A stretch of 64,000 nt of DNA, taken from the NCBI GenBank assembly GCA_963774265.1, contig CAVZDU010000007.1, positions 288,001-352,000 of the forward strand. Direction: 5' to 3'. Positions 28,066 to 40,735 of this stretch are shown piece by piece (position 1 is the first letter of the stretch; every line of letters starts with the position of its first letter). This stretch comes from an uncultured Chloroflexia bacterium (GTDB lineage: Bacteria > Chloroflexota > Anaerolineae > CG2-30-64-16). The position numbers were made by a program, and so were the translations under genes. The notes below the pieces were generated by a model. That model did no database searches and was not told where the DNA came from. It saw only the letters and a program-made list of their open reading frames with translations.

Positions 28066-28908
28066 CTAGAACAACACCGATGCCAGTTTGGCGCGATATT
28101 CCCGTACCAATGTGTGCTCGTCACCGAGCACAGTGAAGATCGCCAGCATCACCTGCCGCGCTTCGCCGTTTCGGAACCGCTTGTCGCGGCGCAGCACATC
28201 GAGCAGCGCATCCATCGCGCCGCGGAAGTCTCCGCTCGCGATCTTTTGTCCCGCGGTATGATACATGCCATCGAGCCCACCCGCACCATTCGTGGCGGTG
28301 GTCGCTTCAAGCAACAATGCGGCCAGTGGTCGCAGTGCGGTTGCTTGCGCCAATTCGGGACCGTCGGTCACTTTGTCGAGGATCTCGTTCGCCTCTGTTG
28401 CTCTGCCCTGGGCCAGGAGCGCCCGCGCCAGGCTCAGCTTCAGAGAAGGCTCCGCTCCGTTGGTCGCGCCCATCTGGCGCAAGGCCATCTCAGCCTCGAT
28501 CCACTTGCCCTGGGCCAGCAGCGCACCCGGCTCGGGAGCCGCTGGTCCGGCCTCGCCGGTCCCGACCCGCACGCCAAGCTTCTGCAAGAACGCCCGAACC
28601 TGGGGCTCAGGCACGGCGCCGACAAATTCGGCGGCCATCTTGCCGTCTTTGAAGCCCTTGACTGCCGGTATACCCTGGATGCCGTAGCGCATCGCTACTT
28701 GTTGGTTTTCATCCGTGTCCATCTTGGCCAGGAGAAATCCGCCCTTGAACTCGGCGACGAGCTTCTCCAGCACTGGCCCCAGCATCCGGCATGGACCACA
28801 CCAAGGCGCCCAGAAATCCACCACTACAGGCGTCTGCCGGGAGCGCTGAACCACATCCGCTTCGAAGGTTGCATCGGTAACGTCTATCACGAACTCCGAT
28901 TTCGCCAT
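28066..28908 (-). CDS. Thioredoxin-TPR chaperedoxin (CnoX/YbbN-like)
   Basis: DFWAPWCGPC plus TPR C-domain ending YRAKLASVLF. Confidence 0.92.
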   Translation of the reverse strand: MAKSEFVIDVTDATFEADVVQRSRQTPVVVDFWAPWCGPCRMLGPVLEKLVAEFKGGFLLAKMDTDENQQVAMRYGIQGIPAVKGFKDGKMAAEFVGAVPEPQVRAFLQKLGVRVGTGEAGPAAPEPGALLAQGKWIEAEMALRQMGATNGAEPSLKLSLARALLAQGRATEANEILDKVTDGPELAQATALRPLAALLLEATTATNGAGGLDGMYHTAGQKIASGDFRGAMDALLDVLRRDKRFRNGEARQVMLAIFTVLGDEHTLVREYRAKLASVLF

Positions 28909-29096
28909 AAGTATCCCTCACCTCAAGAAAGTGCATGCTGGAAGGCCACCATATACCATCATGATAGCCTGAATCGCCTGTTCCGCCAACCTCATCGATC
29001 CTCTTTGGTTGGATGCGATCCGGAGAGTCAGGGTTACGGGGGCGCGGTACTCTGGGCTGGCGCACGAAAGGGGCGCAAGTTGACAGGTGCGGGCTA

Positions 29097-29681
29097 ATGC
29101 GGACAATGAAGGATATGGAGACGATCTCACTGTCGGCAGCGCAGGTGACGCTTCTGGTAAGCCAGCTCTCCTCCGTTTACCGAGCAGCCTTTGCCGGAGA
29201 GCCGTATCATCGGCAGGCCGAGGAAGTCGCCGAGTTTGCGCGGGCGCTTCCTGCGCACACGCAGCGTCCGGATTTTCGTTGCGTCGGCGCGCTGAGTGTA
29301 GACAGCGGGGAAATTGTCGGTTTCGCTTACGGCTACCGCAGCCTGCCGGGCCAGTGGTGGTACGATCATGTGGCGCACCGTCTGGGCAGTGAGTTGGCGG
29401 CCGACTGGCTGGCCGATGCGTTCCAGGTTGCTGAGGTCGCTGTCATGCCGGCATTTCAGGGCAAGGGCGTGGGGGGCACTTTGCACGATCTCCTGCTCAC
29501 TGGGCGGACGCAAGGCCGTGCAGTGCTGTCCACGCTGGACGCCGAGACCGCCGCCACCCGTCTTTACCGTCGCCGCGGTTGGCAAGAGTTGCTCAAGGGC
29601 TTTCAATTTCCGGGCGTATCACGCTCTTATCAGATCATGGGCTTGGACCTTCACTCTTCCGACCCAAAGGGGATCCTGTGA
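29097..29681 (+). CDS. GNAT family N-acetyltransferase
   Basis: VGFAYG, EVAV.P.FQGKGVG and LYRRRGW motifs. Confidence 0.88.
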   Translation: MRTMKDMETISLSAAQVTLLVSQLSSVYRAAFAGEPYHRQAEEVAEFARALPAHTQRPDFRCVGALSVDSGEIVGFAYGYRSLPGQWWYDHVAHRLGSELAADWLADAFQVAEVAVMPAFQGKGVGGTLHDLLLTGRTQGRAVLSTLDAETAATRLYRRRGWQELLKGFQFPGVSRSYQIMGLDLHSSDPKGIL

Positions 29682-30475
29682 CTAATCTACGTGACATAAA
29701 ACACCTCGTCATCGATATGGACGGTGTGCTCTATCGGGGCGCTGAGCCCCTGCCGTGCCTGCCCGCGTTTATTGAGTTTCTGCGCGACCGGGGCATTGGC
29801 TTCGTGATGGCGACGAACAATTCGGGCAGCACGCCAGCGCAATACGCTGCGAAGCTTGGGAAGATGGGGGCCCGGGTGAAGCCGGACGAAATCATGACCT
29901 CAGGCACGGCGACAACTACGTGGCTGGCAGGGAGATATGAGCCGGGCACGCGCGTGCACGTCTTCGGGGAGGATTCGCTGCGCACCGCGATGACCGAAGC
30001 CGGCTTCGTGCTCGCCGATGAGGATGTGCAGGTTGTGGCCGCCAGCATCGACTGGGGCGTCACTTACGATAAGATCAAGCGTGCCGCGGTTCTGATTCGC
30101 CACGGTGCGGCCTTTGTTGCCACGAACCTGGATCCCACCCGACCGACTGAGGAAGGCCTGGTGCCCGGCACTGGCGCATTGATCGCCGCTATCGAGGTCG
30201 GCGCGGGCGTCAAGCCCGTAGCGATCGGCAAGCCCGAACCCACGATGTTTCAAATGGCCATGGCGCAGATGGGGGCACGGCCTGAGTCTACGGCCACACT
30301 CGGTGACCGCATCGACACCGATATGGAAGGCGGCAAGCGTGCCGGCCTCCACACTATTCTGGTGCTCTCCGGCTCGACGGACCGGGATGAAGCCGAGGCC
30401 TATGGCCCCGACTTCATCTTCGAGGACATTGCTGACCTGCTCGGGCATTGGCAGCGTGTTTTGCCTGGTGGCTAA
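29678..30475 (+). CDS. HAD-IIA phosphatase, NagD-like
   Basis: DMDGVLY, TNNS, GKPEP and GDRIDTD motifs; GTG overlaps the GNAT stop. Confidence 0.92.
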   Translation: MTNLRDIKHLVIDMDGVLYRGAEPLPCLPAFIEFLRDRGIGFVMATNNSGSTPAQYAAKLGKMGARVKPDEIMTSGTATTTWLAGRYEPGTRVHVFGEDSLRTAMTEAGFVLADEDVQVVAASIDWGVTYDKIKRAAVLIRHGAAFVATNLDPTRPTEEGLVPGTGALIAAIEVGAGVKPVAIGKPEPTMFQMAMAQMGARPESTATLGDRIDTDMEGGKRAGLHTILVLSGSTDRDEAEAYGPDFIFEDIADLLGHWQRVLPGG

Positions 30476-31584
30476 GCATTCGGGTCGAATATGATGACGT
30501 CGTAGCTGAAAGAGCGCAGCGTTTCGCCCAACTTCACATTACCGATCGTCACGTGATAGACCGTGTCGCCCGCTGGCTGGGGCCAATTCGCACTATCCGC
30601 CAGTCCGAACGGGATCCAGACCAGGGTATTCTCCCCGTATTGCTGGTCCAACAGCGCGATCGATACCGGCACAGGGTCGCCGCCTGGATCGGTCATGCTG
30701 ACTGTCGACTGGTCGAAGTTGGCGCCAGGATAGGCGAACGACCAACGCGCAAACACAACCTGATAGGGCACATATCCGGGAGGCGGCCAGGCCACGAAGC
30801 CGTCGCGCGTGGTCGGGCGCGGGGTCCAGAGATTCTCATCGAGTACCCAAAGCGCGTTGGCGTACGGATAATCGCCCGCCTGTGGGACATCGCCAGTTCC
30901 CATTTGACGCGTCTGCGGATAAAGCAGCCAACGCCGGTGGCGTACAGACCCATTCTCGGCGCCTCTATCGCGCATGTAGCCTCGGATCGCATCGGGCCCG
31001 AAGCCGTTAATCTGCAGATTCGAGCTCGTGAACGCTTCCACTCCCTCCGCTGAATAACACTTCCAACCAGGCGGCGGCGTATCCACCATCTGCCGGTTGA
31101 CATTGATCATCAGCGCGGCTACCTGATCTTTGCGGCTGTAGTTGATGTTGAACGTGATGACGGCCGGAACACCCGCCATGCCCCGGAAGTAGTTAATGCG
31201 CCGGAGAATGGCTGCCTTGAACTCGGGCTTCGTATCCCCTGGTGAACAGCTCTCCCGATTGCCTGACCACTGCGGATCGAAGTCCTCAGCTTGAACTTCG
31301 TGCTGCTCACGAAAGGCCCTGAGGGAGACCGCTTTGAAACTGGTGTCGATCCAGGGCGCAGGCTTGTGCACGAGTGGCATCAGCACGCAGTGCGCCGTGG
31401 TGCAGTCAACAGCGGGCGAAGCAGGTCTTGCGGCCGGCTCTGATGTGAGGGGAATCGTCCACGGGTTTTCCGTGCGCACCGGCGCCGAGCCGGGGATTCC
31501 GTCTTGAGCTGCTGCCGGCAGTACGGCGATCAGCAGAAGCATCAGGCCTAAACCTAAAATGAGATATCGTTTTGGACATATCAT
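30472..31584 (-). CDS. Secreted CAP/SCP-domain protein
   Basis: Signal peptide, LMPLV motif, RINYFRGMAGVP, HRRWLL and VAWPPPGYVP. Confidence 0.85.
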   Translation of the reverse strand: MICPKRYLILGLGLMLLLIAVLPAAAQDGIPGSAPVRTENPWTIPLTSEPAARPASPAVDCTTAHCVLMPLVHKPAPWIDTSFKAVSLRAFREQHEVQAEDFDPQWSGNRESCSPGDTKPEFKAAILRRINYFRGMAGVPAVITFNINYSRKDQVAALMINVNRQMVDTPPPGWKCYSAEGVEAFTSSNLQINGFGPDAIRGYMRDRGAENGSVRHRRWLLYPQTRQMGTGDVPQAGDYPYANALWVLDENLWTPRPTTRDGFVAWPPPGYVPYQVVFARWSFAYPGANFDQSTVSMTDPGGDPVPVSIALLDQQYGENTLVWIPFGLADSANWPQPAGDTVYHVTIGNVKLGETLRSFSYDVIIFDPNA

Positions 31585-31658
31585 TGATCTCTCCTTTGAT
31601 CCACCTTCGTAATGAGCGCGCCCACTGCACACTCAAGGATCAATCCGCCGGGGGGATT

Positions 31659-33476
31659 CTACGGCCTCACGAACTGGCGCTGGTATAATTCCCAGTAGAT
31701 CCCACCAGCGTCAAGAAGCTCCTCCTGGGTGCCGCGCTCGGTGATGCGTCCGTCCTGTATCACACAGATCAGGTCCGAATGACGAATGGTGCTCAGCCGG
31801 TGTGCAATTACCAGAGCTGTGCGATCCGTGAGCAGTCTATCCAAGGCATCCTGAATAAGCAACTCCGTCACCGTGTCCACGCTGGAGGTGGCCTCGTCCA
31901 GGATCAGGATGCGTGGTTGCGCCAGGATCGCCCGTGCGATACAGATGAGCTGCCGCTCGCCCGCCGACAGGTTCACCCCACCTTCCAGAACCTCCGTGGC
32001 GTAACCCACGGGCAAGCGCTCGATGAACGGGTGTGCGTTGGCGAGCTGGCTTGCCTCTTCGACCTCGTCGTCGGTTGCCTCAGGGCGGCCAAAGCGAATA
32101 TTGTCCGCGATAGTCCCGCTGAACAAGAACGCATCCTGTGGCACGAGGCCGAACTGCCGCCGCAGCGATGCCTGGGTCACTGTGCGAACGTCGATCCCAT
32201 CGATCAGCACCACACCCTCCGTCGCGTCGTATAATCGCGCGACCAGATTGGCGATGGAGGTCTTTCCCGCACCTGTTGGGCCCACCAGCGCGACTGTCTG
32301 CCCGGGTTCAATTTGCAGGTTCACCTCGTGTAGTACATACTCATCGCCCCGGTAGGCGAAGGATACATCCCGCAACTCGATCTCCCCCTTGATGGCCGGC
32401 ATCTCTTCCCCGGTGAGGGGATCGCTTACCAGCGGCGTCGCATCGAGCAATTCCAGGACACGTTCACCCCCCGCCATGGCTGCCTGCATCGTAGTATAAA
32501 GTTGACTGAGCTCCTGTATGGGCTGGAAGAAGCGTGCAACGTACGCCAGGAATGCGACAATCACGCCTAGCGTCAACGCTTCCTCCGCCACCGCGCGCCC
32601 TCCGAACCACAGCACGATCGCAGTCGCCAGCATTCCCAGGAATTCCACTGCGGGCAAGAACACGAAGGACAGGGTCATTGCCCCGATATTCGCATCACGC
32701 GAAGCGGCGTTGACCCGGTCGAACCGCTCCTCGGACGCTGACTCCTGCGCGAAGGCCTGTATCACCCGTATGCCGGTGATGTCCTCTGCCAGGTCGCCGA
32801 TGACCGCCGCGACCCGGGTGCGTGTCTCGCGAAATGCCGTCTGGGCGCGCCGGGTGAAGAGCCATGTGGCCATTACCATCAGGGGCAGCACTGAAAACGC
32901 CAGAAGCGCCAGCTTCGGGCTCATTTGCAGCATTACGACGACGATACCGATCAGCACCAGAGAGTCGCCGATGAGGGTCACCATCCCTTGTGAAAGCAGC
33001 TCGTTGATGACGCTGACATCACTGATGACGCGTGAGATTGTCACGCCTACGATGTGTGTATCGTGATAACCCAGGTGCAGCACCTGCAAATGGCGGAAGA
33101 GCTGTCCTCGCAGGGTTGTCAGCACCCGCTGCCCGACCCAACTTAACAAATACTGCTGCCCCTGCGATACACCGAAGAGCGCGACGAAGGTCAGCGCGAG
33201 CTGACCTGCGGTGCGCCACAAGCCGGGCAGGTCACCGCCGTTGATATTTGTGTCAATGGCGACTTTGATGAGGTAGGGCGCGAGGATCGACAGCCCTGAT
33301 CCAACCAGCATGAGAACCAGCGCGAGCAACATCCGCCGCCGGTGAGGTTTGAGATACGCGAGCAAGCGCAGCGCGATGCGCCGGTCGAAGGGTTTCCCTC
33401 CTGAATTCCCGCCGAAGCTTTCCAGAACCCCTGCCGGCCCCATTCCGGGACCGGTCGAACCGATCGATACGGTCAT
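31659..33476 (-). CDS. ABC exporter subunit B (heterodimeric pair)
   Basis: TMD plus GPTGAGKT, LSAGERQL and LDEATSS. Confidence 0.93.
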   Translation of the reverse strand: MTVSIGSTGPGMGPAGVLESFGGNSGGKPFDRRIALRLLAYLKPHRRRMLLALVLMLVGSGLSILAPYLIKVAIDTNINGGDLPGLWRTAGQLALTFVALFGVSQGQQYLLSWVGQRVLTTLRGQLFRHLQVLHLGYHDTHIVGVTISRVISDVSVINELLSQGMVTLIGDSLVLIGIVVVMLQMSPKLALLAFSVLPLMVMATWLFTRRAQTAFRETRTRVAAVIGDLAEDITGIRVIQAFAQESASEERFDRVNAASRDANIGAMTLSFVFLPAVEFLGMLATAIVLWFGGRAVAEEALTLGVIVAFLAYVARFFQPIQELSQLYTTMQAAMAGGERVLELLDATPLVSDPLTGEEMPAIKGEIELRDVSFAYRGDEYVLHEVNLQIEPGQTVALVGPTGAGKTSIANLVARLYDATEGVVLIDGIDVRTVTQASLRRQFGLVPQDAFLFSGTIADNIRFGRPEATDDEVEEASQLANAHPFIERLPVGYATEVLEGGVNLSAGERQLICIARAILAQPRILILDEATSSVDTVTELLIQDALDRLLTDRTALVIAHRLSTIRHSDLICVIQDGRITERGTQEELLDAGGIYWELYQRQFVRP

Positions 33477-35276
33477 TTCCGCTCTTCTGCCACCTGATGT
33501 TGATAGACTTCGGCATACAGCCCCGATGTCTGCAGCAGCTCGGCGTGCGTGCCACGCGCCACGATACGGCCGCTGTCCAGCACGAGGATCAGATCAGCGC
33601 TGCGAAGCGTACTGAGTCGCTGGGCAATGACAAATGACGTTCGACTTGTCATCAGAGTTGTGAGCGCCTCCTGGATCAGCTGTTCGGTCTCAGTGTCAAC
33701 GCTCGACGTCGCGTCGTCCAGAATCAGGATGCGCGGATCCTTCAACAGGGCCCGCGCGATGGCCACGCGCTGTCGTTGTCCGCCCGATAATGTAACGCCG
33801 CGCTCTCCCACCGTAGTGTCGTAGCCCTGCGGCATGGCCATAACAAACTCATGCGCTTGCGCCGCTTGTGCGGCTGCGATTACCTCATCCAGCGTAGCCC
33901 CTGGCCGGCCAAACGCGATATTCTCCCGCACGCTCCCGGCAAACAGCAGGGTCTCCTGCAACACGATGCCTACCTGGTCCCTGAGCGAGTTCAGGGTTAC
34001 CTTTCTGATGTCGTGCCCATCCACAGTGATGCGGCCTGCGGTTGGATCGTAGAACCGCGGGATCAGATTGATGATCGTTGACTTGCCAGAACCCGTTGCG
34101 CCGAGCAGCGCAATTACCTGTCCGGGTGACGCCTCGAAAGTTACATCGGAAAGCACCGCGTGCCGTCCGAAGTAAGCAAAATGCACCGCCTCGAACCGGA
34201 CCAGGCCTTTCACAGGCGGCAGCAGCGTGGCATCGGGATCATCACTTACCTCAGATTGTGCATCAAGTATCTCGAAGATGCGCTCGCCAGCAGCCGATGC
34301 CATCGCCAATGCCGGGATGATGTTGCCGATCCGCCTGACCGGCGACACAAGCTGGCTCAGGTACGTGGTAAAGGCGACCAGTTCGCCCAGGGTCAACCGT
34401 CCCTGAATAGCGAGCCATCCGCCTACGCCAATCGCGGCTGCTGTGCCCAGATTTGCGATGAGCGCAAGCTGGGGATCGTTGCGCGCCTGCAGCGCCGCCT
34501 GTTGCGCTGAGAGCTCAAACCAACGGTCGTTTTCCGCGTCGAAGCGGCGGATCTCAGCGTCCTCCTGGGCGAAGGCTTTGACGATGCGCCGCGCCGCGCA
34601 GATTCTGTTCCAACCGGGTCGTGATTTCCGCCAGTTGGCGTTGGATGCGCAATCCCAAGGGGCGTAATTGCCGCCCAAAGTGGAACGCGCTCAACGCCAG
34701 GAGGGGGATGATGAGCATGGTCAGCGCCGCGAGCTGAGTGTTCATGGTGAACAGGATGATGACAGTGGCCACTGCCAGGACGATGCCCTCGGCTAGCCGC
34801 AACACCGCGCGACCCGTGAGAAAGCGGATACGCTCGACGTCCTGCACAGCACGGGACAGCAGTTGCCCCGTTTCGGCCCGGTCGTGATAGGAGAATGAGA
34901 GCGCGGCCAGTTTGCGATGGATCTCGCGCCTCAGATCATACGCCACACCCTGGGACGCTATCTCGGTCCACCGGCCCTCAACGAAAAGGGCCGCGCCTTT
35001 GAGCAGGGTCAAGCCCAGCAGCACGAGCACCGTCTGCAGCAGGAGGGGTAGGTTGCGACCGCCGATGCCTTTGTCCACGATATATCGGATTAACTGGGGG
35101 ATGAGCACTGCCAGACCCGTTGCTGCGAGCATGCCCGCATACGCGCCCGCCGTGAGCCGCCAGTACGGTCGGAGGCGAGCAAGTGCGCGGACAAGGATCG
35201 GCGACTGCGGAGTTGTCAGTTCTGGCTGTCGGCTTGGCATTGGAATCATGGGACGGGTATGGCGCAGCGTCTGCAT
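33473..35276 (-). CDS. ABC exporter subunit A, degenerate site (indel near 34595)
   Basis: GATGSGKS, LSGGQRQR, LDDATS and IAQR (degenerate E/H positions); TMD split over two ORFs. Confidence 0.9.
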
Positions 35277-35480
35277 GATGAGGTGCTGACCCTGGCGCGG
35301 GATGCGCTTTGCAGCAAGGACGCTCGTGGTGGGCGTGCCGGCAGAGCGCCGCCCGGTTGGGGGCGCGACCAAGGCCGCTGCCTTTCAGCATGCGCAGCGT
35401 GCTTTCACCGGCGATGTGACTTGCCGCCACCCCTAATTCCGGGCGCCCTTTGCGCTGATCGGGGACACGGCAAGCCTTTC

Positions 35481-36203
35481 CTACTCAAACGGATACATCT
35501 TCCCGATGAACGCCTTGTCCGTCTCCGACAGTTCGGTGTTCCACCCGACCGAGAAATCCCCCACCGTGATTTCCTCAGGCACCGGGTACATCATAATCGA
35601 CTTTGGGTCGAACTGGCTGTATTGCGTCGACGGCAGGTTGTAGTGCTGGAAGACCTGGAAGTCAACCTCTTCGCGGCTCCAGCCGTTCTGCGCATAATAG
35701 GCGTAGGCCTTCTCCTTATCCCAAGGCACGCCGCCCTGGGGATGCTGATGCTCATGGATGCAGCCCAGCGCGTGGCCGAACTCGTGCAAAACTACCCTGC
35801 TATACTCGGCATCGCCGGTCGAAGGGGTAAGCCAGCCGTAGTTCATTGTGGGCGCGTACTGGTTAAACCAGTGAATCAGGTTGCTCGTCCCCATGTACGA
35901 CCACGAGCCGGCGTCTTCGATGAACGCGATGCGCAGGAACGCCGGCCCCTCAGTGACGAACTTGAACTTGATGTTGGCGTACTGCTCCCACTGATGGGCA
36001 TAATGCTCCACGCGTTCCTGCACCGCCTTCTCGCCGCCGAGGAAGCGTATAGATAACGTGCTTCCTTTGCGCCAGGGACGCATCACCGCCATCTCGTAGG
36101 GATCTGGGTCTGCCAGGCCCATATCGACTGCCACGCGATTTGCCGCCACAATCATATCGGGCGGCAACACCTTGGTGTCGATGCACATTTTGATTGTACG
36201 CAT
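35481..36203 (-). CDS. Astacin/matrixin-like zinc metallopeptidase
   Basis: HEFGHALGCIHEHQH and Met-turn DPKSIMMY; no signal peptide. Confidence 0.88.
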   Translation of the reverse strand: MRTIKMCIDTKVLPPDMIVAANRVAVDMGLADPDPYEMAVMRPWRKGSTLSIRFLGGEKAVQERVEHYAHQWEQYANIKFKFVTEGPAFLRIAFIEDAGSWSYMGTSNLIHWFNQYAPTMNYGWLTPSTGDAEYSRVVLHEFGHALGCIHEHQHPQGGVPWDKEKAYAYYAQNGWSREEVDFQVFQHYNLPSTQYSQFDPKSIMMYPVPEEITVGDFSVGWNTELSETDKAFIGKMYPFE

Positions 36204-36304
36204 AGCTATGCCTCCCATCGTAAGGGCGGGTCTTGGATTGTGAAACATCCCTGTGGGATTCGACCCGCCCAAGCTAGAACGCGCCACAGGCTGTTCCAGG
36301 CCCG

Positions 36305-36514
36305 CTACTTCTGGCCGAATAGCCCGCCCAGCATCCCGCCAAGCCCCCCAAGCCCGTTCAAGTCGGTCTTGCCGGAGATCACCCCGTCAACCTGTGAGGC
36401 GAGAGCCGGTGGCAATTTCGCCTTCGTATAATCGATCACAGTGTCCACGGCGATGCGCGCCTGTGCCTCGGTGATGCCTGCCTTAGTGGAAACCTGCTTG
36501 ATCAATTCGTCCAC
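36305..36514 (-). CDS. Small conserved hypothetical protein (DUF2267-like)
   Basis: MDELIKQVSTKAGITEAQARIAVDTV..KLP; GGAGG RBS. Confidence 0.8.
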   Translation of the reverse strand: MDELIKQVSTKAGITEAQARIAVDTVIDYTKAKLPPALASQVDGVISGKTDLNGLGGLGGMLGGLFGQK

Positions 36515-36687
36515 GATTCAACCTCCCGAAAAAGTATGTTCACGGCTGCCGGTGCAGTTGGCACAGTATCGCGCCCAATGAGACGCAGCAGTGTATGTCG
36601 GGTTCCCAACAGGAGTAACGCAGCTCGAACACAGTCGGGGTCCTGTGCGGAATAGGGTGCAACCAGACCGGGGAGCGCCTGGAGGTA

Positions 36688-37731
36688 TTACGGCGCGGTC
36701 GTTGGCGCTGGCTGCGGAACCCTGAACCCAGGTGGTGGGGCCGGACACTTGCCTTTTGTTTTTCTAAGATCAACAAGCGGCCTGGCCGTGAACAGTTCGC
36801 CGAGGCGCTTGTTGAGGCTCTCCTGGTCCTTGATAACCAGCACCGACGCACCACCCTTGGTGACAAGTGGCTTGATGACATCCTGATCCAACGCTGCGCC
36901 ATGCACGTTTCCCGGCTCCAGGGACAAAGCGAGCCGGCTGAGGCCGATGACGTCCAGCACATTCAGATCGGTCTTGAATGAGCCGCTGAGAGCCTTCCAC
37001 AATTGGGGAATACGCGGGATAATGTCCAGATTCTTCGCGCGGTTGCGGATCGCCCAGATGAGCAACTGCTGCCGCTGGGCGCGACCGAAATCGCTCGTCA
37101 GATAACGATAGGTGGCAAATTTGCGCGCGTCTGCCCCGTTCAGCTTGACCTCACCGGCGGGCAGCGACCAATTCACCATCCGGTCGGGGTTTTTGGGGTC
37201 CGGCGTCTGCTCGTAGAGTGGGCAATCCAGCTTGACTGTGATTCCGTCCAGCGCGTTGACCAGTTGCTCCAGCCCGTCCATCTTGATCAACACCACGTGG
37301 CTGATGGGCACGCCCAGCGTTTTTTCGACCACTTGTTTGGCGAGAGCCGCGCCCCCGCCCTTGAGTTTCTTGTAGTCACCAACAAAGTACGCGTTGTTGA
37401 TGCGGTCGGCGCCCCAACCCGGGATATCCACCCACAGGTCGCGCGGGATGCTCAGCACGCCAATTTGCTGGGCGTCATGGTCAATCGCGACCAGCATGAT
37501 CGAGTCAGTGTGCATCATCCAGGGGCCCGGCCGCACGTCGGCGCCCAGCACCAGAAAGTTCTCGGTGCGGGCGAGGCGTGTGGGATCAGGAGTGGGCGAG
37601 GGCAATATCGGGACAGCCGTCGGCCCAGGAGGTGTAACGGTTTGTGCACCTGCGAGCGGCGCAAAAAACGAGCCGATCAGCAAGGCAAGCAGCGCTATGG
37701 GGAGGCCGAGCTTCGAAATGGGTCGAGACAT
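36688..37731 (-). CDS. LCP (LytR-CpsA-Psr) family protein
   Basis: NFLVLGAD.R, TDSIML, SIPRDLWV, RINNAY and DFGRAQRQQ. Confidence 0.92.
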   Translation of the reverse strand: MSRPISKLGLPIALLALLIGSFFAPLAGAQTVTPPGPTAVPILPSPTPDPTRLARTENFLVLGADVRPGPWMMHTDSIMLVAIDHDAQQIGVLSIPRDLWVDIPGWGADRINNAYFVGDYKKLKGGGAALAKQVVEKTLGVPISHVVLIKMDGLEQLVNALDGITVKLDCPLYEQTPDPKNPDRMVNWSLPAGEVKLNGADARKFATYRYLTSDFGRAQRQQLLIWAIRNRAKNLDIIPRIPQLWKALSGSFKTDLNVLDVIGLSRLALSLEPGNVHGAALDQDVIKPLVTKGGASVLVIKDQESLNKRLGELFTARPLVDLRKTKGKCPAPPPGFRVPQPAPTTAP

Positions 37732-37781
37732 GGAATCACTTTTGCTGATGTTGATATATGATCCAATTATATCCCAAGAAG

Positions 37782-37816
37782 AACAAACCCGGTCTCTGTC
37801 GGAAACCGGGTTTGTT
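37782..37816 (-). terminator. Terminator/REP-like hairpin after gnd
   Basis: AACAAACCCGGT..ACCGGGTTTGTT 12-bp stem with U-rich tails. Confidence 0.7.
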
Positions 37817-37847
37817 TCGCCATCCAGGTCGTTCGATATCGGGTGAT

Positions 37848-39308
<1,461 letters not shown>

Positions 39309-39375
39309 ACGAGTTCCTTTCTGATAACTGATAGCAGGGTGCCGAAGGATCCAAGAAGTCGGACCCCACCGCACG

Positions 39376-40641
39376 TCAGATGTGCGCGGTAGGGGGCTTT
39401 CGCAAGAAGGTATCCACCAGGAGCATGGCCGCACCCAACATGGACGTATATGGCTCGTAAGTGGCGCGTCGAATAACTGGCGGAGTAAGTCCCCGTGCCC
39501 GCAGTTGCCTGCGGACCGCTTCTGCAATGCTGAGATCAGCGATGTCCATGAGAGATTCCATTCGCTGCTGAAACGCCGTCGGTAAACCCACATTCGCAAA
39601 CCCAATGAGCACCAGTTCGGGATCGAAGAGATAGATCAGGTTGAGGATGCCGGGCGCGTGGCTCTGCGTGATGGTACTCTTGAACACCTCCGCCGCCAGC
39701 CGATCTCCCTCCAACGCCGCCTGGTGGATGATTCGATGATTCTGCCTTTCCTCGTCCGAAAGCCCCTGTAACACACTCGGCTCGCCGCTTGCCAGCCGCG
39801 CGCTGACGAGCGCAGCCTCGCGAGCCACGTCCGCCTGGGCCTGCCAGCAGCCGCGCTGCCCGCAAGAACACACTTCGCCATTGGGATCCAGGATCATATG
39901 CCCTGCATCTACCGCCAGCCCATGGGCGCCGCGAAACAGAGCGCCATCGATCATGACGGCCGCATCGAGGCTGGAGCCTATGTCTGTGCCCATGCTGACG
40001 TATACGAAGTCCTTGACACCCCTCGCTGCACCGCGGAGCGCTTCAGTCATCGCGGCCGAGCGCGCCTTGTTCTCCACCATGACGGGCAGCGAAAAGCGCG
40101 TCTCCCATCGCGGCTTGAGGAGGGTGTCCTTCCAGCCCAACGCGGACGCACGGATGATCATGCCCCGCTCGGAATCAACCATGCCCGGCGCTGCGACCCC
40201 GATCCCTAGCAGGGGCAGCGCGCGCAGGTGCGCCTGTTCGATCGCGGCGGCCAGCAGCGCTTCCGCCTGCCCCAGTATCGCTTCTTGCTCGAGCTCCGGG
40301 AGGGCGGGGACGGTCTGCCGCCACAATGCTTCGCCGCAAAGGTCGGCAAGGAGGACTGAGACGTAGTTTGTGCTGATCTCCAGTCCGATCGTGCCACGCC
40401 CCTGTGCGTTAAGCGCAAGCAGACTGCCCGGTCTACCGATGCTGGTGCGATCTTGCCCCGCATCACAAATCAGGTTCAGTGCGGTCAGTTCGTCGCAGAT
40501 TGCCGAGACTGTGGCCTTGGTCAGACCATTGCGGTGCGCGAGCATGGCCCTGGACAACGGCGCATTAAGCCAGAGGTCAAGTAGGAGCGCTGAAGTGTTG
40601 TGCTGTCGCGCATTGCGTTGTTGGGTGTACGGTGTCTTCAT
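39376..40641 (-). CDS. ROK family transcriptional regulator (XylR/NagC-like)
   Basis: HTH SRAMLA..GLTKATVS, GRP and GH..CSCGQRGCW. Confidence 0.92.
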   Translation of the reverse strand: MKTPYTQQRNARQHNTSALLLDLWLNAPLSRAMLAHRNGLTKATVSAICDELTALNLICDAGQDRTSIGRPGSLLALNAQGRGTIGLEISTNYVSVLLADLCGEALWRQTVPALPELEQEAILGQAEALLAAAIEQAHLRALPLLGIGVAAPGMVDSERGMIIRASALGWKDTLLKPRWETRFSLPVMVENKARSAAMTEALRGAARGVKDFVYVSMGTDIGSSLDAAVMIDGALFRGAHGLAVDAGHMILDPNGEVCSCGQRGCWQAQADVAREAALVSARLASGEPSVLQGLSDEERQNHRIIHQAALEGDRLAAEVFKSTITQSHAPGILNLIYLFDPELVLIGFANVGLPTAFQQRMESLMDIADLSIAEAVRRQLRARGLTPPVIRRATYEPYTSMLGAAMLLVDTFLRKPPTAHI

Positions 40642-40735
40642 CGTGCGCTCTTCAGTTCATAAAGTGCCCTAAATTCAACCATACATACGGAACGTGGTCA
40701 AAGATGCGCGGCCGTAGCGGCTCAACCGCACGGCG

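Noticed and set aside
39309-39605. N-terminal extensions in the ORF track for gnd (also glgE, rpiA, gntK, phoR, LCP)
   Set aside because: They overlap neighbouring genes or repeats, and better starts exist downstream, mostly with a clear RBS.
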